From contig JABVCE010000034.1 of the NCBI GenBank assembly GCA_014905635.1, forward strand, positions 124,001-188,000: a stretch of DNA of 64,000 nt, read 5' to 3'. The translations under genes were made by a program, and so were the position numbers. The notes under the pieces are model-generated. The model was not told where the DNA came from. It made no database searches and saw only the letters and a program-made list of their open reading frames with translations. The stretch comes from Scenedesmus sp. PABB004. Lineage: Eukaryota. This document shows positions 58,234-64,000 of the stretch, one piece after another (the stretch's first letter is position 1; each line of letters starts with the position of its first letter).

Positions 58234-60111
58234 TCAGTTGAGTGTGATGTCCATGAAGTTCCCATCATACTCGTGCATCGCGCACCACCCCGGCGCGGCG
58301 GGCGCGGCGTTGGATGGCCCCACGTGCGCGCCGTCGGTGAAGTTCACCTTGAGGCGCGCGAGCTCCATGTCCGCGACCGTCGCGAGCGCGCCGCCGCAGA
58401 GCGTCGCGCGGTTGGCCTCAAACGTCACGTTGGGTCCGAGGATGAAGTCGCCGCGGATGCGGAAGCCCGGCAGCGGCTGCGCGGTCGCGGGGACCTCGAG
58501 GCAGATGCCGGCGCCATTGCGCGCGGTGTTGTTGGCCACCTCCACGCCCGTCAGGGACAGCAGGGGCGTGCCGTACTGGTAGTGCGCGTGCAGCCCTGCG
58601 CCGCACTCGGTGCCGTTGCCGCCGTTGGCAAAGCCGGCCCAGCCGTTCTCCCAGAGGCGCAGGCCGGGGCCTATGAAGCCGTGGATGTGGCCGAAGAGCA
58701 GCACGCCGTGCTGCACGTTGCGCCCGATCGACACCGCGCCCGACACGTTGGCCTGCAGCAGCTGCAGGTCGCCGGTGCACTCGACAAACAGCCCGATCTT
58801 GTTCTCCACCAGCCCGCTGCGGCCCAGCAGGTTGAGCGCGCTGAACTGCACCATGCTGCAGCCATAATACAGGCCGTAGTTGGAGTTGCGGCTGGCGCGT
58901 GCGGGCGCGGGCGGCGCCGGGCGTGAGGCGGGGACGGGGAGGGACGCGCGGCGGCGCGGGCGCGCCGCCGCGGGCGTGTGGCAGCGCTGCGCGCACGCGC
59001 GCCCTCGCGCGGGCACCTTGACTTCAGGTCTGTTGCCGAGAAGTTGCCGCCGCCCAGCACGCGCACGCCGTCGACCAGCCAGGTCGCCGACACGCCAAAC
59101 AGGTGGATCTCGGGGTCGCTGCGCGGCGGCGCGGCGGCGGCGCGCGGCGGCAGCGGCGCGCGTCGGCGGCGGCGCACGCAGCCACGCGCAGGCCCTGCCC
59201 GGCCCGCCGCCAGCTGGCAGCCAGCACCCGGGCGCGCGGCGGCGGCGGCGGCGGCGGCGGCAGTGTGGGCGGTGGCGCGCGCGCGCACCCGCCGGCGATG
59301 GTGTCGATTGTGATGCCCGCGTATGGCAGTGGCGCCTTGGGCGGCGCCTCGGCGCCGCCCTGCAACGGCGTGGCACCCGTGCGCGCGCGCGCGGTGGCTG
59401 CCGCCGCGCCGGTGACCGACACGTTGGCCAGCAGTATGTGCTCCACGTCGAGCAGCTCCACCACCGTCGGCACGCCGCACGGCCGCCGCTCGCAGCTCGG
59501 CGTCGGCGCGTGCCCGCCCGGGGGCTCGCCGATGAGCATGAAGCGCACGCCGACGAGCGTGAAATTGTGGATGCCGCCGTCGCCGTGCACAAAGAGCGCC
59601 GGCAGCGCGGCGTTGACGGAGAGGTCGACGACGATCGTGTGGCCGCAGTCGCTGACCACGGTCACGCGCGGCTCGTGCGTCGCCGTCTCCCGCGCGTCGT
59701 GCGTGATGGACCACGCCGGCGCCGCGCCGCGGCGCCAGCTGGTGCCGGCGGGGCCGTCGCACGCGAGCCGGATGACGGCGCGGTCGCCGCCGCCGCCGCA
59801 CGCGGTGTAGTTGGCCGATATCGCCAGCAGCGCGCCGTAGTCGGCGGCCACGCAGTCGCTGTCTGAGACCGGCACTGGAAAGAAGGGGGGCAGGGATTTG
59901 GTGAGGGTGGTCAGGCGGGCCGCGCGCGCGGCGGCACCCGCGGAGCGCGCGGAGCGCTGCCGCCGCTGCGGGCGCCGGTGCCGCAGGCGCCGCGGGCCGG
60001 CGGCGCACCTATTTGCTGCATCGCTGCGCACGGCGGCGCCAGTAGAGCCATCAGCAGCGCCAGTGTCGCCAGCGGCAGCCCGCCGCGCGCGCGCAGCCCG
60101 GCCCGAGCCAT
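58234..60111 (-). CDS. Secreted beta-helix glycoprotein, copy 2
   Basis: Identical to copy 1 by eye except for one short patch. Confidence 0.7.
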
Positions 60112-60667
60112 GTTCCGCGCTTCTGCTGCCCGGGCGGGGCAGCCCGCGGCGCCCGGCGGGCGCCGAGCCGGGCGATAGACGAGGGAGCGCTCGGGGCGTT
60201 CGTGGAGGGAGCTGGGCGCGCCGAGGGGCCGTCCGCGCACCGAGAGGCGTGCGCGTGGCCCGGCGAACGCTGCCCGGGTCGCTCCTGCGGGCCAGCTGCG
60301 CGCAGGCCGCCGCGAGGAACGCAGGCGCAGCTGAATGGGCGAGCTGGGGGCCGCCGGAGGAGCTGGGGACGCGTGCTGGCAAAAAACGAGGGCGGACAAT
60401 CGTGCGTCAGGCTGGTCAGTGCACCAAAGCTGACCCAGAGGCCTCCGCGCAAAGCCAGAAGCTCTTTCAGCAGCCAGGGCGCGCTCCGGACCGGACGAAC
60501 GCGCTCTCCGCGCGTGGCCTGCGCGAGGTGAAGAACCGCACTTCTCGGTCCCTGGCCTGCGCCGCGCCAGCGACCGCGCGCGCCCCGCTGCCCGGCCCAC
60601 ACTCTAGGCCTCCACCAACACGCCACGACGAGGCAGCGGGGCAGCCCGTCCCAGCCCGCTGCGCGCG

Positions 60668-63600
60668 ATGGCGCGGTGGTGGCCGCTGGTGTGCGCGCTG
60701 CTGCTCCTTTCAACCGCTGCCGCGGCTGGCGAGGGCGCGACAGGTGACCTGGAGACGCTGCGCGTTCGGCCAGGTGCGCGTGCGGCCAGCGCGCAGCGCG
60801 GCGGGAGAGCTCCAGCTTGGCGCCCAGCCCGCGCCTCGCGCGGCCCGCCGTGCGCGCGTGCGGCAGCTCACCGCCCTGATCGCACCGCCCGCCCGGCGCC
60901 CCGCAGGCGGCGCGCAGCAGCCGGCCACGCGCGGAAAGGTGCCCGCCGGCCCCGCATCGCAAGCCGCCGCGGACGGTGCGCCGGGCGCCCAGGCGCTCGC
61001 CCGCGGTGGCACCTCGCCGACCGCCGCCGGCCGCCGCGCCGGCGGCGGCGTCACCGCCGGCCGCCTCCGACGCCGCTGCGCGCCGCCGCCCTTGCCGCCG
61101 CGCAGACCAGCTGGTGGCCCAATCGCGCATCCCGGGGCGCTACGTGGTGCTTTTCGACAATGTGGAGGCCGGCTGCGACGTGCCGACAGCCACCGCGCGG
61201 TGCGCGCGCCGCAGGCGGGCGGGGGAGCCGCTCGCACGGCCGCCGCTCGCGCCGCCGCTGGCTCACGCGCCGCCGCGGCCCCTCGGCCCGCGCGCAGGCT
61301 GGCCGCGCACGTCCAGGGCGTGCTCGCGGCGGGCGCGGGCGCGCGCGGCGCGGCGGCCGCGCAGCCCCTGAGCGCGCTGCTGGCGGTCGAGCGCGCGCTC
61401 GGCCCGGAGGCGGTGCCCGACGCCCAGCAGCCGCAGGCCCGCGCCGCGGCGGCGGCGGCGATGGAGGGCGGGGTGGGCGCGGCGGCGGCGGCGCCGCGCT
61501 GCGCCTCGCGAGCGGCGCGGCGCGCGCAGCGCGGCGTCGTGGTGCGGCTGCTGGCGCAGGAGGCGGAGCTGGTGGGCGCGATGCGCTCGGCCAGCGTGGT
61601 GCGCGCGGTGCTGCCAGACCGCCTCGTCGGCACCGCCTCGCGCACGCTCAGGCAGAGCGGCGGCGAGGACGCGGGCGGCGAGCGCGGCGCCGCGGTGGCC
61701 AACCCTGCGCAGACGCGCGGTGAGCCGGCATGCGCACGCGGGCGCCCGGCTGCCGCGGCAAGCGTGCGCTGCTGTGCTGCCGCGCCAGCCCCTCCCTCTC
61801 CTGATCGAGCGCGCGCGCCTGCCGCGCCCGTACCTCACGCCCGCCGGCCGCCGCCGCCCGCGCGTGTGTGCGCGCGCGCCGCGCAGCACCGAGCAACCCC
61901 GGCGCCCAGGCGTGCGCGCAGCCGGCGGCGCTCGGCGCCGGCGTGCCGAGCAGCCTGACGGGCAGCATCACGTGGCCGGGCTGCGCGACCAAGGACACGC
62001 AGCTCCTGTGGCTCGGCAGCCGCTGCGGCGACGGCCTCTCAACCGTGCAGTACAACATGGTCGTCGCTGTCTTCCGATCCAACGGCTCGCTCGCGCGCGC
62101 GGGCGGCAAGGACTGCGTGCAGCCCCGCCGCCGCGGCGCGGCGCAGGCGGCCTGGAACCGGCAGTGGCTCGGCAGCGGCTGCGGCATGGTGCCGTCGCTC
62201 GCGCCAGACCTGCCCATCAGTGTGTGCAGCGCCGCGCCCGCCGCGGGCTGCCTCACCGCGCTGGACGCGCCCGCCGCGCTGGGCGCCACGCTGGTGCTGC
62301 GCGCGCCCGTGGCCTGCGCCGGCGAGGTGGCGACGTCGCTGACCTACACGGGCGTGCCGTGCGGCCCCGGCGGCGGGCTGGTGTCGTGGACGCGCGCCGT
62401 CACGCCGCGCGGCTGCGTGCTCACGCCCAGCTCGCCGGCGGTGCGCGGCAAGCCCAAGGCGCTGTCGGACGTCTTTGGCAGCTGCGGCGTGCCGCCCGGC
62501 GCGGCGACGGCCGCGCCGCCGAGCACGGTCTGCCCGCCGCCCCCGGTCGACTGCGTGGGCAGCTGGGGGCCCTGGGGCGCCTGCAGCGTGACCTGCGGCG
62601 CGGGCGCGCAGACGAGCACCTTCACCGTGACCGTCAAGGCGGCCAACGGCGGCGAGGACTGCGAGGCCCTGCACGGCGCCACGCGCGCGCAGACGTGCAC
62701 CAACGCCCCCTGCGCGCCGCTGTTTGACATCCCCAAGCTCCCCCGCGCGCCTGTGCTGGCCGACCAGATCATGCCGTCCGGCGCGCGCCGCATCGAGGCC
62801 GCGCGCGACGACGGGTCTGGCGGCGGGGCGCTGGTCGTGGACATCGACGGCCTGCCCACGGAGCGCCAGGTCCTGGTCGGCATCGTCGGTGCGCGCGCCG
62901 CCGCCCCGCCCGCCGCGGCGCCGCCGGCGCGCCCGGCGCGCGCGCGCGGCCGCCGGCGGCGCGCCGACGCACGCCGCCGCGCGCGCGCGGCCGCGCCGCC
63001 ATCGCGCAGACTCTGGCATCGACAGCCGCCACCCCGACCTGAACTACGCCGGCGGCCAGTCGTTCGTGCAGGCCTCGGCCACGCACCCCAACGACACGTC
63101 AGACCCCGGCGTCGACCACTACGGTGCGCCGCGGCGCGCGGCGCTCCCTGGGCGTGCACGCGTGCGCACACGCACACGCACACGCGCGCGCTGCCGCCGC
63201 GCCCCAGCCCTGCCGTGCCGCCCGCTGACGCGCCGCGCCGCGCGCGCAGGCCACGGCACGCACGTCGCGGGCATCGTCGGCGCGCTCAACAACGGCCTGG
63301 GCACCGTGGGCATCGCGCCCGGCACGGGCCTGTTTTCGCTCAAGGTCCTGGTGAGTGACGCGACGCAGCGGCGCGGCGCGCGCCGCAGGCGCCCCGCCGC
63401 GCGCGCCCCGCCCGTGCGCCCGCCCACGCCGCCCCGCCCGCGGCGCGGCGCGCCGCGCCGCGCAGGACGGCGACGGCCGCGGCACGCTGAGCGGCGTGCT
63501 GTCGGCGGTGCAGTGGGCCGCGGCGCAGGGCCGGTCGCTGGGCATCCACGTGCTCAACCTCAGCCTCGCCGCATACATCGACCCGTCCAGCGAGGACTAT

Positions 63601-64000
63601 GACGCCACGCGGGCCTACATCTGCGGCGTCATGCAGGAGGCCTCGGACGGCGGTGCGGCGGCCCCGCGCCGCGCCCGCCGGCGGCCGCCGGCCGCGCCGC
63701 CGCCCCCGCCGCGCGGGGCCGCAGCGGCCCGCACGCACACCAGCCACCACCAGCCCACACCCTTGCCTGGCCGCCCGCCGCCCCCGCGCCGCGTGCAGGC
63801 ATCGCCGTCGTCATCGCCGCCGGCAACTACGCGTCGGTGAGCGGCGCCGCGCCCCGCCCGCGCCACGCCCGCGCCGCTCACGCCACGCCCTCACCACCAC
63901 GCACCTCACCACCACGCACCTCACCACCACGCTCACCCCCCCCCTCCCCAGGACCTCCACGCCTACCTGCCCGCCAACTGCCCCTGCGTCGCGAGCGTGA
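60668..64000 (+). CDS. Secreted subtilisin-like serine protease (S8) with I9-like prodomain and a TSP1/spondin domain; truncated by the window end
   Basis: Signal MARWWPLVCALLLLSTAAAA; IPGRYVVLF; VDCVGSWGPWGACSVTCGAG; VGIV|DSGIDSRHPDL (Asp); GHGTHVAGIVGA (His); LNLSL; VIAAGN (oxyanion Asn). The catalytic Ser lies beyond the window. Confidence 0.92.

Larger units (their letters stand above)
53782..60348. repeat. Tandem segmental duplication, two ~3.2-3.3 kb units (~53782-56975 and ~57090-60348)
   Basis: Both units start AGGCCGGCCTGCACGCAGAGCCTG and end AATGGGCGAGCTGGGG; each holds one beta-helix gene. Confidence 0.95.

Overview
Eukaryotic, extremely GC-rich, intron-dense nuclear DNA from a green alga. 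Composition, intron style and the chlorophycean-type COX5B suggest a sphaeroplealean such as Raphidocelis or Monoraphidium (inference). About 24 spliced protein-coding genes were reconstructed by hand. Recognisable ones are a SnoaL-like protein, a UDP-glycosyltransferase, a FABP/calycin-like protein, COX5B, TAF7, a NIMA-related kinase with an apparently inactivating deletion, a rolling-stone-like membrane protein, a ~31-exon TOP2, an FAD-linked oxidase, homoserine kinase, meiotic HOP2, a DUF3783 protein, an inverted pair of sensor-domain TKL kinases, a tandem pair of secreted beta-helix proteins, and a TSP1-containing subtilase cut off by the window end. The strongest observations: (1) a tandem pair of 4-exon genes, not recovered whole by the ORF track, encoding small secreted Cys-rich prepropeptides (signal peptide, RQLQ site, C-x12-C-x2-C-x12-C, C-terminal GR/GH); (2) about 40% GC-AG introns in TOP2, all with an AG|GCG donor; (3) patchy homogenisation between duplicated genes; (4) an ~850 bp near-identical non-coding direct repeat. 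No RNA genes, transposases or CRISPR arrays were seen. Exon boundaries were read manually and need RNA-seq confirmation.
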